A stretch of 63,654 nt of DNA, the filler included, from Folioceros fuciformis (lineage: Eukaryota): the NCBI GenBank assembly GCA_049999805.1. It is 14 parts of 14 records of this genome, joined end to end, with 100 filler letters (N's around TTAATTAATTAA, not from the genome) between each part and the next. Parts side by side here need not be neighbours in the genome. Positions count along the whole stretch, not along the records: positions 24,276 to 27,877 come from JBNGIO010003717.1; positions 27,978 to 37,179 come from JBNGIO010003718.1; 12 more parts are not named here. One strand, written 5' to 3'. Shown here one piece after another: positions 24,424 through 37,279 of this stretch; position 1 is the stretch's first letter, and each line of letters opens with the position of its first letter. The notes below the pieces were generated by a model. The model saw only the letters and a list, made by a program, of their open reading frames with translations, was not told the origin of the DNA and searched no databases. The translations under genes were made by a program, and so were the position numbers.

Positions 24424-25055
24424 TCAGGCTTCAGAGCCGTCACCAGAAGACAAGATTGACAAGCATCCTTCGTCTTGAGGTAAATCTGGCATGCTCCCTC
24501 GCAATCTGATGTTAAAATTTTGCAATTTCTGCACAAGTTTGTCCACCAGGTTATGGGACGCATGCAATTTGGCCTTGTAGAGCCAAGGGATCTGATTTCT
24601 TGTTTCTGGCAGCAAGTCCTCAACTTTGTTCTCCAACAATCTTTGGCTGTCCAGCACCAGGGACAGCAATTTCTCCACGCGTTGAACAGCAACAAAGGTC
24701 GTGTCTTCCGTACTTTGTGCTTTCGGTGTGTTTGTTTGAAAATGCCTCTTGTTGGTGGACTGATCACGTTGAGTTGGAATAGCCTGACGTTCCTGGCGTT
24801 CTGCCAAATACTTTGCGCACAAATGAGGAAGAGGTGGAGCAAAGTTTCTCCTGTTGGGCCGGAATGCTGGCTGTGACTTATAAATTCTGTGAGCCAGAAT
24901 CTGGTCAATTTCCTTTTGTCTCGCAATTTGATTGGCAATGCTGTCAACGTACACACACTGACCAGTCCTTCTCCGCGGCATGCTTGCAAAATCACTGGTG
25001 AATGTCTCCTTTTCTGCTGAGAGCAACCAGTATGTAGAGATGTATAGGTATGGGC
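24424..25055 (-). CDS. Possible coding fragment, product unknown
   Basis: Open frame of ~200 codons (MPRRRTGQCVYVDSIANQIARQKEIDQIL...VEKLLSLVLDSQRLLENKVEDLL) between N gaps. No motif recognised. Confidence 0.25.
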
Positions 25056-25561
25056 NNNNNNNNNNNNNNNNNNNNNNNNNNNNNNNNNNNNNNNNNNNNN
25101 NNNNNNNNNNNNNNNNNNNNNNNNNNNNNNNNNNNNNNNNNNNNNNNNNNNNNNNAAAACGTTCTAGGCGGAACGTGAACGGAGAATGCATGGCAAAAAG
25201 ATTGAATTAATTAAATGGCAATGGTCTCATTTGTTTATATTCCTAAACCTAATTACAAAAGGTCACTTATTTAATGGGCATAAACTGTCATCTATCGTTA
25301 ACCTAAGCAAGTATAGCTAAATAAATATATACGACAATATTTAACATCCTACGCCTGATCGGAGCTGGAGGGGAGCCCTCGAATCCATCATCGAGTTGAT
25401 TGAGTCTGACCCTCCATCCATAGCAGCAAGGAACCCCATCGCTCCTTCGTGGGACCGAAACCCAATGTCTCAACGATAGTGAGATAAGTGTGGCCACTAA
25501 AGGTGGAACCCGTCGGCAATCAGTGCCCAGGGTTTTGCCTCCATAACAGGAGACAAGATGG

Positions 25562-26505
25562 AAGATAAGGATGGCCAATGGAGGTTTTGAGGCAGTGATG
25601 GGAGAGACTAGGGAAAAATTGCAATTATGTTTTAAGCCTAGAACAGAAGAAGAGACAATGATTGATGTAAAATGCTTGATTGTTAAATCTAGAAATTTTG
25701 ATGTCATTTTGGGGACATAAGCTTTGTTCATGCATGAAGAAGGAGTGGATTTATGGACAGAGGAGTTTTACTATCGTCTAGGGTGGCGACAAGGTGAAGG
25801 AATGAGAGTAGCGACAATTCCAGTTAAGTTGCAGTTACAAGAGGACATGCAAGATGCGGTTGTAGTGAATATGACGACTTCTTGGGATGAATAGGATGAA
25901 GAAGATGAAGATGATAGATTGTGAGTTGAGCGTCATATGGATAAGTTATGTTTAAACAAATATAGTCATAACAGAGTGGGAGAAGATGCAATGAGAGAAA
26001 ATGTTGGTAGAGCATTAGCTGAAATTTTTAGAGAGCTTGAAAAACGACAAATATAGTTTCAGCTAGATGATAAAATTTGACCTTGTACAAAGGAAGCAGT
26101 TTGTAAACTTGAACCTGTGTGTAATAAACTTGTAACATTGAGTTCGTCTAAGTATGGATTGGTTGTGGTTGAGTTGTTTGCTGGAATTACATTTGGTTTG
26201 GAGGCTGTGTTGGCTGCTAGGTATGTGGTTAGATGTTACATTTATTGTGATCCAGATGAAGTTTGTTAGGCAATTGCGAAGGCAAGAGTTTTCAAATTAT
26301 GTAAAAAGTATCCTGAACAATTAAAGGTTGAAGTTGTGAAGCAAGCGTTTTCTGTCTGGTCACAGGATGTTAGGCTTACTGGATTGATACAATTTTGAGT
26401 GGAAGAGGAAATTGATCTGATAGTAGCCGGTTGGGAATGTCAAGGGCATTCAATGGCATGCAAGGGAAAGGGCTTGTTAGATTATAGGTCGGTGTTATTT
26501 TTGAC
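25562..26505 (+). pseudogene. Decayed retrotransposon pol fragment: aspartic protease C-terminal half fused in frame to a C5-cytosine DNA methyltransferase domain
   Basis: One frame with no frameshift: KIRMANGGFEAVMGET...CLIVKSRNFDVILGT (retropepsin flap and ILG motifs), an acidic linker, then GLVVVELFAGITFGLEAVLAA (motif I, 26171-26188), YIYCD (II), QDVR (III), IDLIVAGWECQGHSMA (IV, catalytic Cys 26438-26440) and GKGLLDYRSVLF (V). Seven in-frame stops at 25718, 25892, 25922, 26054, 26078, 26267 and 26396. Confidence 0.85.
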
Positions 26506-26506
26506 A

Positions 26507-27877
26507 TGTTCGCGTGAGCATAGAGAAGTGATTAGATTAGATTGAGCGTCACGGGACATGTCTTGTGAACTTGACTAGGCGACGGTTATTAGTTGTAACC
26601 GTCACCTAATCCTCTAACCTTAACCTGAACTAATAAAAGGTAATTAAATATGACCTGTCACTCCCACTCAGGTGTAGGGTTAGTGTAGTTAAGATATATA
26701 TATATATATATAAATTGCTCTCGCCTATAAACTTAAAGAAAAAGAAACTTAGAATAAGAAACTTAGAACCCTAATCTAAAGAAGTTCAACTCAAAGGGTC
26801 GTCTTCATCTTCGTCTTCGTCCTCGCGCGCCGCCACTGCCTTGCCCTTGCCGATTGCTGGATCAGGAGCTGTACTCCACTTCAGGTCCTTGCCCGACGCG
26901 CGGAGCCCGAGCCCAGCTGCGTGTTAGTAGTGCTTCACACGTCCAAGCCCCTTCGTCAAGATATCTGCGGTCATCAGCTCCGTAGGACAGTATTCCACTC
27001 TGACTGTTCCAGCATTCACCACTTCTCTGATGTAGTGGTGCTGGACTTCAACATGTTTGGTGCGCGCGTGGAACCTGGGATTCATAGTCAGTGCTATCGC
27101 ACTTTGATTATCAAGAACAGGATCACCGGCATGGTTTGTGGCACTCCAAGCTCTGTGAGAGCTCCCACTGTCCAGGTGACCTCCTTGCATGCCTCTGTGA
27201 GGCTCTTGTACTCAACTTTGGTTGAGGACAGCGCAATTGTGGGCTGCCTCCTGCTGCTCCAGCCAATGGCGCCTCCAGCAAGCAAAGTCACATAGCTGGA
27301 GATACTCTTCCTGCTATCAGAGTCTCCGGCCCAGTCTGCATCGTTGTAAGCCACCATTTGCAAAGCTTTGTGTGCTTTTGAATTGTAAAGGATGCCCCAG
27401 TCCACAGTGGCTGCAATATACCGGTACAGCCTCGTCATGAGATCATTATGCTTTGCATTCGGGTTGGAGACGAATCTTGAGGTCAGTCCATTGGTGAAGG
27501 CCAGGTCAGGCCTCGAGCCTATCATTAGATGCATGACTGACCCATTCTTGGAGGGATACTGCTCCACAATTGCTGCTTCCTCCTCAGGTATACTCCCTAC
27601 TTGAGCCACATATTTCGTGTTTTGTTCTACAGGAGTAGAAATAGGCTTGCATTTAGTCATTCCATAGCGTTCTAATATTTGCATTGCATATTTTGTTTGA
27701 TGCAGGAAGATGGTTCCTGCTTCCCGATCTCGCTGCAACTGCATGCCTAAACAAAAAGTAAGTGCCCCTGCTGCTGTTATCTTAAACTCGCTGCTCAACT
27801 GACCCTTTAGGATGAAGATCATTCTAGGCAAGTTGCTTAAGATAATAATATCATCTACATAAATGGCTAACGCCAAG
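26507..27877 (-). mobile_element. Ty1/copia 3' part: RT-RNase H, PPT and probable short 3' LTR
   Basis: LAIYVDDII...SRPDLAF...YNDADWAGDSDSRKSISSY...ALSSTKVEY; after a frameshift, [30 protein letters not shown]...TADILTKGL. Minus-strand PPT TGAGTGGGAG (26670-26661) is followed by TG at 26660. The LTR end is tentatively AACA at 26510-26507. Confidence 0.9.
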
Positions 27878-27977
27878 NNNNNNNNNNNNNNNNNNNNNNN
27901 NNNNNNNNNNNNNNNNNNNNNTTAATTAATTAANNNNNNNNNNNNNNNNNNNNNNNNNNNNNNNNNNNNNNNNNNNN

Positions 27978-30900
27978 GACATGGAGAGTGCGGAGGGCCG
28001 GGAATTGGGGATGTGGAGACATGGCGAGCATGACGGAGGCAGGGCAGGAGGAGGGAGAAAGGCGTAGCTTACCGGTGGTCATGAGCGCGGATTTGATGGC
28101 GGCAGGGCTCCAGGAAGGATGGATAGATCGGAGCAGCGCGGCAACGCCGGCGACGTGGGGACATGACATGGACGTGCCCGACTGGATGTTGAAGTTGGCC
28201 CTTTCGTCCACATCGTAGTCTGCCTGGAAGTTGACGAAGGGTGACCACGCGGCCAGGATTTGAACCCCTGGGGCCGTTAAGTCGGGCTGGGACACACGCA
28301 GAGCAGAGANNNNNNNNNNNNNNNNNNNNNNNNNNNNNNNNNNNNNNNNNNNNNNNNNNNNNNNNNNNNNNNNNNNNNNNNNNNNNNNNNNNNNNNNNNN
28401 NNNNNNNNNAGCAGGAGAAGCAGCAGAGGATGGAAACGAAGAAAGCAAGTCAACAAAACAAAGCAGGTCCAGATTCCAACAAAGCAGGGCGAGGGACGGG
28501 GCTTTTGAGGGGAGAGCGTCTCTCTCACCTTTAAGATGTCAGGAGTGAGGGAATTGGGTCCTCTGGACGAGAATCCGGCTATGAGCGGGGCTGGCGCGCC
28601 TCCCAACCGCGACGTCGGCCGGATCAATGTTGCAGATGCGGCCCTGGATTGGCGACACGCAGCGGGATCAGTGACTGAAAGTGGAACCACATCTGTCCTT
28701 CTGGAAGGGAAGTGAGCCAACGGTAGAGAGGCGGGTCGGAAGGCTGGCTACCTGGAGGTGCGGATGTAGGCGTAGATGGTGTCGCCGGTTTTCTGGTCCA
28801 CGGCGGTGGCCGGGAAGAGAATGCTGGGCGATGGCACGTCGATGAGGTCGAAGGAGAGGACGAAGATGAGCCCAAGAGCTCCTGTGATGGAGTTGGTGGA
28901 GGGAAAGCCTTGGTTGGCGTCGAAGCTGCATAGGATGATCTTGCCCTTAATTTTGTTCGGATCCAGGAACTGACAGGTTTGACTGCACACATTTTCACAA
29001 ACAAGCGCAGAGAGTGAGGGTGAGTTGAGTCAAGTGAGGGAGAAAGGTGCCTCATCTGTGCAAAACTCCGTTCCAGCTTCCGGAAGCATGTCAGAGATAC
29101 TTCCAAAACGGGAGTGGAGTGATGGATAGGTAGAGTACCTGAAGCTTTCCGCTCCCGCGGAGAAAGCATCTGCTCCGAAGATCAACGGGCTCGATTGCAG
29201 AGGCCATTCATTAGCTATGGCGGGGCTGGAGAGGAGGGTGCCCTGCACAGAGCCCGGTCGCAGAATATATCTCAGAACAGTGTCCGCCACTGGCGGAAGA
29301 AAGGAAACGAGGGAGAAAAACAAACTTACCTTCACAACGATGCCGTTACCAAGCGCAATGTCCGCAGCAAAGGTCCGATCTGTGGAACTGGCTGCCACAG
29401 TAGCGATCCAGGGAGGCAGATTGCTGAGAGATGCAGCTCCCTGCTGCCCAGCATTCCCTCCCGCACAGGCCACGAAGATGCCCTTCTGCACGGCGTGGAA
29501 CGCGCCGATGGCGATCACGTCTTGGTCATACGGGGGCTGGGGATTTGTCTGCAAACAGCCGATCCAGGCAAACAGAGCCGCTTAAGCATACGGTGCAACG
29601 CTGGTGGGTAGACGGGAAACTGCAGGAGATGAGAAGAGACAGAGATGCTGGCAGCGATCACTCACGCACCTTGACAATGGAGAGGGAGATGACGTCCACT
29701 CCGTCCGCCACTGCAGCGTCCAGAGCAGCAAGCACGTCGGCGTCGTTGCAGTCCACGGCAATGGACGAAGTCCAGCAGACCTTGTACATGGCGAGGTGGG
29801 CGTGAGGGGCGCCGCCTCTGGCAATGCCCTTGGCGATGCCATTGAAATTGGCCCTCCGCACGGACTGGCCGGCAGCGATGGAGGAAACGTGAGAGCCGTG
29901 GCCCTGGTCGTCCCTGGCCGATCTGAACCCCACCACCTTGCCCAGTCCAGCTTCGAATCCCTTGAGGAAGTATCTGCCTCCGATCAACTTCCTGATCATC
30001 ACAATGACAGCGCCGTGTCAAGCACGATTTCCTCGCTCGCGCCCTCACCCGCGCTGGAGCAATGTGTGGGATAGGCAGCGAATCGATTATTATGATGAAA
30101 TGCGTCCGTCTTCTAGTACCACCTACCTGTTGCAGGATGATGTGTTGAAGGAGTCGCCGACTTCGCAGGCGCCTTTCCAGCGCGCGGGAACGGCCGGCAT
30201 GCCGTGATCTCGAAAGCTGGCTGCCTCAGGCCACACTCCTGCAGCGCGCAACGGAACGGGGCGCAACGGCAACGGAACGCAACCCAACTGAGTGCGGTGA
30301 GCGCACAAATTGCAAGCGATATGGGGTATTTGGTTTCAGGCGACGGGGCGGGAGACGGAGGGGGCCTCACCTGTATCAATGACGCCGATGATGACCCTCT
30401 TTCCATAGCGAGATTTGGCCCAGATGCCCGACCTGTCTTTGGCATTGAGCCCCATGAAGCTCATGGAATGCGTGGTGGCGGGCTGGCGATTGGCGGCGGG
30501 GAATACAGACAACACCTCCTCCATTTCTGCTCGTTCAAACAACCACGCCCGCGACATACACGAAATGAGAATGAGCCCCAAGGCGCCGTGCCGTCCTGTC
30601 GGCGCCGCCATCAGCATTGCTGAGAAACACGGTGGGTGAGAAAAGGAAAACATACGGGACAATGCCGACGCCTGATCGCTGTTGAGCAGCGCCGCAAATC
30701 CGTTGAACGCATTGTTGTAGCTGTAGACGAGCTTTCTCTCCGCCTGCAGCAAGCTGCACGACACAAAAACAAAACGCGACGACTCGAGCATGAGCAGAAT
30801 GCAGAAGCTGCCGGTGGGTTGCACGGACTTTCAATCGAAACGCCAAGGAGCGAAACGAAATGACGCAAGCCCTGGCCGACCTGTGTCCCAAGACGGAGCT

Positions 30901-31196
30901 GAGAGCGGCAAGGTGCTGACTTGCGAGAAGCGCTCCAGGCACGCTCACGGGCCTGTTGCCCAGATACACCACATACAACTGCACGCCGTGATCACGCTCC
31001 ACCCTCAGACCTATCGCAAGCGGAAGCGGAAGCGAGCCTCCAAGGCCAAGCTTAATTGCCCAGAAGACGGGGAAGCAACAAAGAGCAGTACCTTGGAGTC
31101 GGGGTCGGTGGTGGGTTGCGCGGAAACTGGCAGAGGCCGGATGTGCAACAGCGGCAGCAGCAGCAGCAGTAGCAGGACGCTGCAGGGTCTCCCCAT
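27978..31196 (-). CDS. Subtilisin-like serine protease (plant subtilase, S8A), multi-exon, 3' end lost in gap
   Basis: Signal peptide [18 protein letters not shown]9 prodomain LYVVYLG / [16 protein letters not shown]; catalytic D in [10 protein letters not shown] in [16 protein letters not shown] in [20 protein letters not shown] region [24 protein letters not shown]. Confidence 0.93.
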
Positions 31197-34185
31197 GGCG
31201 CCCGCTTTTCCGATCGGATTTCACCTGTGCAGCGCGGGAAAGGGATGCGGCGAGGTCCAGCAGAGCGGAGCCGGAAATTGGTCAGCTACATTGGCGCCGG
31301 CATCCCCCGGTGGAATTGTTGCCTGCCTGCCCACCCACTACACGAAGAGGGGGGCAGAAACCGCGGCCTGTTTCAGGATCCAAGTCGTGGCTGCCACGCC
31401 CACATTGGTCTTCAAGAGCCTCCTGCTGGCTACAGCTCCAGAATTGAAGCGGGGTGCCGGTGGCAGACTGCGAACGCAGAGCAGAGCAGAGAGGTTGGGT
31501 TGCACCGCAATAGCTACAGCAACACCAGCAGCAGCAGCAACGAGGAGGAGGAATAGAGAAGAGAGAAGGCAAAGGGAGCAGCAGCAGCGGGAAGAGGGAT
31601 GGGAAGGCAAGGCAGAGCAAAGGAAAGGAAGGGAAGGGGGAGGAGCGGGAGAGAGCTGGCAGGGTCGCGAGCACATCAAGGGAAAATCGTTTTATATACT
31701 CTCAGCTGGTTCCTCCTCTTCCGGGCTGCTTGTACGTTGGGGCAACGCAAGCCAACTTGGGGCATGCACTGGGCTTCCTGCTCCTGCACTGTAGTTGGAA
31801 GCAGACTTTGGTTATTATGGTGAACTTTTAACACAAGGCAAGCAAGCAAGCCGGCCTCTACGCACCGGACTTGTGCGTGGAACGTGTGGGCCCGAGCCCT
31901 TGTAGGCCGCAGCACGCACGCCACCGGCAACCGGCGGCTGGCGGTGCGGCCGGTGGCCTGCCATCTGGCCACATGCTCCATCCTTTCCCTTCTAGCGGCG
32001 AGCAGGCGGAGGCAGGACGGGGATTTGGGGAAGGGAGCGCACGGCCCTGGCCCGGGCCCCGCCGCTGCCCGACCCCTGCCCGAGATGACCTGCCCGGACA
32101 GACGAAGCACAGTGTGGTGCCAACAGGATTCTCAACAAGCGGACGGATACTCCACCGTTCCCTGCCTTCGACGCCTCGCCTGGCCTCGCCTCGCCAGGCC
32201 TCGCCATGCCTCGCTTGTGTGGCTCGCAAGTCACAAAAGTTGCGAGCCACAGCATCCCTGTCCCCTCCCGCTACCGGCTCCGGGGCCGGGAAGGCCTTTC
32301 ACCTTTCCTTGCTTGCGCATAAAGGCGGCATGGGGCCCGCACGAATCATGGGGCTGGCCTCTGAGCTGGCTGCAGGCAAGGGAGACACAGCGTCACACAC
32401 ACACTGGAAGGAGATCACAGGATTCCGGACATGCAAGTCGGAAATCGGAGGCAGATAAAGGGAGGATAATTCGCGCGGCTCAAACCCTACCAAACCCTAC
32501 CAATTTCCTGATGCAGGGCCCAGCGGCCAATTCCCAGCTGCCGTTCTTGCTCCTGCTGCTGCTCCTGCTGCTGCTGTTGCAAGATCTCGGATGACCCTGC
32601 AGCATCCCGTCAGCAGCGACCCAACAACTGTCTTGACGTAGGCACGGGAAAAACGGCAGGGCCCAGCCAGATTCGGAGGGCCCCAAAGAGGATGAGATGG
32701 GCCCATGCCGCCATGGGGACCTGCGTGGGGCGAAGGCGCAGGAGGAGAGGCCAAGCCAGGCCAGGCCAGGCTATGTCCAGCCGAGCCCCTAGCCCACAAA
32801 CAAGAACCAAGAACCAAGAACCCAGAACCCTGGCCTCAAGCAACAGCCCATCCTCCTGTGACATGTCAGCGCATGCATTACAATACCACGCCCATTTCAG
32901 GCCGCACAAGCAACATAACAGCTGCCGCCGTTCCGGAATCCGGACACACGGACTGGCACCGGCTCTGGCTCTGGCACTGGCTCTGCCTCTGGCTCTGGCA
33001 GTGCCGTAGGACTCTGCCATGGCAGCGGAAAAATGCCTGGTGCATGCTGCATCTGCCATCACAACCCTCTGTAGGCTCTCTCTCTCTCTCTCTCTCCTCA
33101 TCAGGCATCTGGCCATGAGTGAATCGCCTCATCATCTCACAGCTCGGCTCAGCGCGCAATTCTTCCCCCTGCAGACGGGCAGACAGCAGGCAGGCAGCCT
33201 CATGACCTCATCACCAGCGGCAGCAACTCGGGGGGCGTGACCTGGAGAAGGCACTGGCAGTGGCACGCACCCAGCTTGCTCTTTGTGCGCGTACCTGGTC
33301 AGGCTGCGTCCGCTTCTGCACCTGCGGCGTCACATTGCAGTCTACGGGTCCCAGCTTTCCAGGCCCGTTGCTCAGCACACAGGGCGACACTTGGGAGATT
33401 GCGGCATGCCCACAGCAGGAGATTCGGGCGGGTGGGCTGGAACATGGAACAGGACCCACATCCCAACGGAAACCTGTCAAACGCTTCGACCGGACCTCAC
33501 ATTTACACCTGCTTGTGTCAAATTAGAACGGCCCGTTCGAACGGCTTCGCACCACGCACCTGACACTTGTTATTACAACCTTGGCTGGCCTGGTCTGCCC
33601 TGCCCTGCCCTTCCCTTCCCTTTCTGCTTCTGCACTTGTTCTCTGTCCCTTCCTTCTCCCACTCGATCACCGCATGACTGGTGCATTTCCGACATGTGCG
33701 ATGACGCACCTCATGATCATCACACCACACTTCCTCCACACATGAGTTACAACCAATCAACAACATGTTCAACATGTTTGCACCTCCGCCTCCTTCTTCT
33801 CCAGCTTCTGCTTCATCATCAACGCCATCAACTACAGCAATCAGCATTTTACTCAACAACAGTTTTCAGTTTACACAACACCCGGCCGGTTCTTTCAGCT
33901 TCCCAGCCTCATCTCTGAGACAGACAACCACCCGGCTCGGTAGGTACAGTGAATCACTCACTCGAGTGCTCTCAATTTCGATAGCTCTAGAGCACACCAT
34001 GGCAGGCAGGAGACAGACAAACCCACAACATACTGTAGATTTAAGTCACCTCTCAGACGGTACTTCGTTGCATAGGTGACGGGAGGGAAAGTAAAAGCGA
34101 AGTGGGTGCCACTCCCTTTCCGGAATTAAGAGAACCCCAACCCAAAATTTTACGCAGCTACGTAAGGATGCTTGTATACACCTCC

Positions 34186-37179
34186 TTAGACTGTACGTTT
34201 CCTCTTGGACCTTTTGCTCTTCTTTGCAGGTGCGGTCGGATAAGATCCTGCGGCGGCGGTGCCATTGCTTGCATACGCTCCTTCCAACGAGTCCTGCACA
34301 AGGAGGACGTGAGGCGAGACGGACTGGTGCGCGCTTCTAGGACCAGGCGTCACGGCAGCGTCACCTACCTTGGCAGCAGCCACATCTGGAGTGCTGTCAT
34401 CCTCCTCTCCTTCTTCCTCCTCCTCGTCAGAACTGGGTTTGCTCTCCGGGACTTCTGCCGTCGCTAGCTTCTCCTTTGCCAGTCTTTCTCTCTCTCTCTC
34501 TCTCTCTTCGGCGGCAGCCTTCGATGCGGCAGCAGCAGCGGCAGCGGACGCCTGTTCCGCAGCCACCCTGGCTGCCTCCTTTCTCTTGAGCTCTTCTTCC
34601 TTCAGCCTTTTGAATCTGTCAACACCACAACACTTCCATCAACACCATACTGCAGGCCTGTGAGCAGATAAGATGCAGTCTGCAAGCTGAGATTGCTGCA
34701 TACTTCTCTCCACGTTTCTCTTTCTCCTCCTTAACTTCTGGTGCTGCAGTGGCGGCGGCAGGTAGTGCTGAGGCAGAGGGTGACGACCGCTTCGCCTGAC
34801 CAGCACTGATTATTCCTGCACCGTCTTTCCCAACGACTGGCTTCGCACCACCCAGATTTCGCAACCACACTTGTTGAGCTGTGCTCAGCAAGTTGTTGGT
34901 AAACCTTCAAGACGAGATACACGTTGTTAACCCACGAATCAATTCTGGCACACAAGCAACATTTCAGGAAGCGCACGTACGCAAGGACACGGGAGGTCTG
35001 AAAATTTTGAAAAAAGCCTCATCTGATACACGCGTACACTTCTGACGTCCGTACCAGTACAGACTCAGTCCCGATGGAACTGAAAGTGAGAAGTATCCGA
35101 TCATCAGAGGAAGGAACTTAAGAATCAGCTGAGTGTTCTTCTGGCTCTCGTCAGTCTGCAGCAAACACATACGCCAGTTCAGATTTGTCACAAAAAACTC
35201 GCGATTCCAAACCTACGACCTGAAAGAATATAAAAGCACAAATAGCACAAACATTTATTTCACCGCAACGTACCGTTGGTGGTTGCATCATCTGCATGGA
35301 GGCGAACTGGGAGGCCACAAGCAATACAGGCAATACTAAATACGCAATCGTGTCTGGCCAGCCCAGAGGAGGGTGACCATCCTGTAATCCAAAATAATAC
35401 AAAGGCTCTTCAGAAAAGAATTCCAGAGTTCACGCACAAGTCATGCAGAACCACAAGGTACAAAACGGCTACCACAAGATACCATACCACAAAAGGGAAA
35501 AGCCAGGAGATTCCAGAACCCGACTCTCTTGTGAGGAGAGTGGTTGGACCCGCAAGGGACGGAATCCAGAAAAATCCCTCTGTCAAAAGGCCCTGTCAAC
35601 CCGAGACACCAAACCACATCAGACTATACATCCATGTTTCGGCAAATCGAGGAATCCCCGGAAGATATATGTGCTCAACGAGAATACCTCATTCGCTACA
35701 TTAGAAAGAGCTCTATAAAGACCGATCCAAACAGGTAAAGTCGCTAGCGTTGGTAGACATCCTGTCCGAGCATTCAGAGTCAGCTTTCCTGGATGAATCA
35801 CATCGTATTTACAGACAATCGAAAAGCTCCCAAAACAGACAAAGGCAGAATGTCAACACTGGTGCCATGCGACCTGCAAGAGGATTGACACCAGCTTGTT
35901 TGTATAGTCGAGCAGTCTCAAGTTGTATTCTCTCCTGTGAGTTGTTCCCAAGGCTTAACCATCAGAACTTGGACTAAAGGCTGAAAGGAGTAGATAACAA
36001 GCAATCCGGACCGACCATGAAAATTTTGTTGCTTGTCAGAACAAGCAATCCAGCCTATAAAGCTGAAAAGGAAGCGTACCTGGTCTCCAGCATATCTCTG
36101 TTGGATGGCCTTCAACTTTGGTTGCAAGTTTTGCATCGCTAGAGTCGATTCAACCTGCGGAGGGACAGATCACCTCAGCTCAGCATAAATTACTGCAGCC
36201 TGGAACGACAAGAGGGCAGCAACAACGGGGCCGTTGCCCAAGCTCCCAACATGAGCCATAAACAGAGCCCACACTTCGACCGGAATGCACAAGTGCCCAA
36301 ACAAACTGGAGAAAAAGCCCACGTACCTGTTGCTTGGTCAAGGGATATGTAGCTGCCTTCACAAGAATAGTAAGCAAGATGATGGCAAATCCATACGAGT
36401 AGGGAACATTGAGAGAAGCAAGTCCATCCTTGAGAAACTGCAACATCAAAAACAATGAAAATACATCTTAGTACTAGCACGAGGGGTAAACGTAGGTCAC
36501 ACGAAACGCACTGCTGTCAGGTCATCTACGGTTCTGCACATGTATCCAACGGTGTCAACACCAGTATGGCATTAAACGCTTTCAAAGGAACTCGTTCCTT
36601 ACAGAAATGCACAGCAGGCCCCTGCCAGCTTCACTCCTAACAAACAACCTGCGTGCTGTCACGGTGCTTCCGCACGTGAATAAATCTGTTACATGTTTGC
36701 TCGAGGTTACAAGTCAGATGTTTCGTTCTGTCATGCCATTTTCTCCTTCCAAGTCAGACGTTCTTTGCAACAGCTTGAGCACTCTTTATCCAGTCGAAAA
36801 CTTCATTATCCGCCAGGCTAACATCGCTCATTTCACCCATCCGGTCAAACCATCACACACGCAATCTCACCTTCAAAACATACTCCAACGCATTGGTCAG
36901 GCCCCCGAGCCACCCCCCATCGTCCTTCTCAATAGCAGCATCCGCCGCCACAGTCGCGTCCGCTAACGTATACAATACACCCTCGAGCCTAGACAACACA
37001 TGTTGCACAGAGCCACCGTGCGCGAGGAAACCTGCAACTGCATCTACCTGCCCCGGGTCCGGGAGCTGCCCCAGGTGAGCCCTAACCACGGCCCCCCGCC
37101 TCACTCGCCTGGAATTCCCCAGCGGATTCCACCGCTGCTGCCACAGCACCGGGGAGCTCCTCAACCCCGTCCCCGCCTC
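34186..37179 (-). CDS. ALB3: Chloroplast thylakoid membrane insertase ALBINO3 (YidC/Oxa1 family), multi-exon, start codon in gap
   Basis: Exons give LEGVLYTLADA...GGWLGGLTNALEYVLK, VPYSYGFAIILLTILVKAATYPLTKQQ, MQNLQPKLKAIQQRYAGDQ, LYKQAGVNPLAG, CLPTLATLPVWIGLYRALSNVANE, GFFWIPSLAGPT, DGHPPLGW and LKFLPLMIGYFSLSVPSGLSLYW. The C-terminus SKRSKRKRTV is the ALB3-type basic motif. Confidence 0.95.
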
Positions 37180-37279
37180 NNNNNNNNNNNNNNNNNNNNN
37201 NNNNNNNNNNNNNNNNNNNNNNNTTAATTAATTAANNNNNNNNNNNNNNNNNNNNNNNNNNNNNNNNNNNNNNNNNNNN

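Noticed and set aside
25718-26398. Idea that the seven stops in the protease-MTase frame are repaired by U-to-C editing
   Set aside because: U-to-C editing is known from organelles and this is nuclear TE DNA. C>T decay of CAA/CAG/CGA (or G>A decay of TGG) is sufficient.
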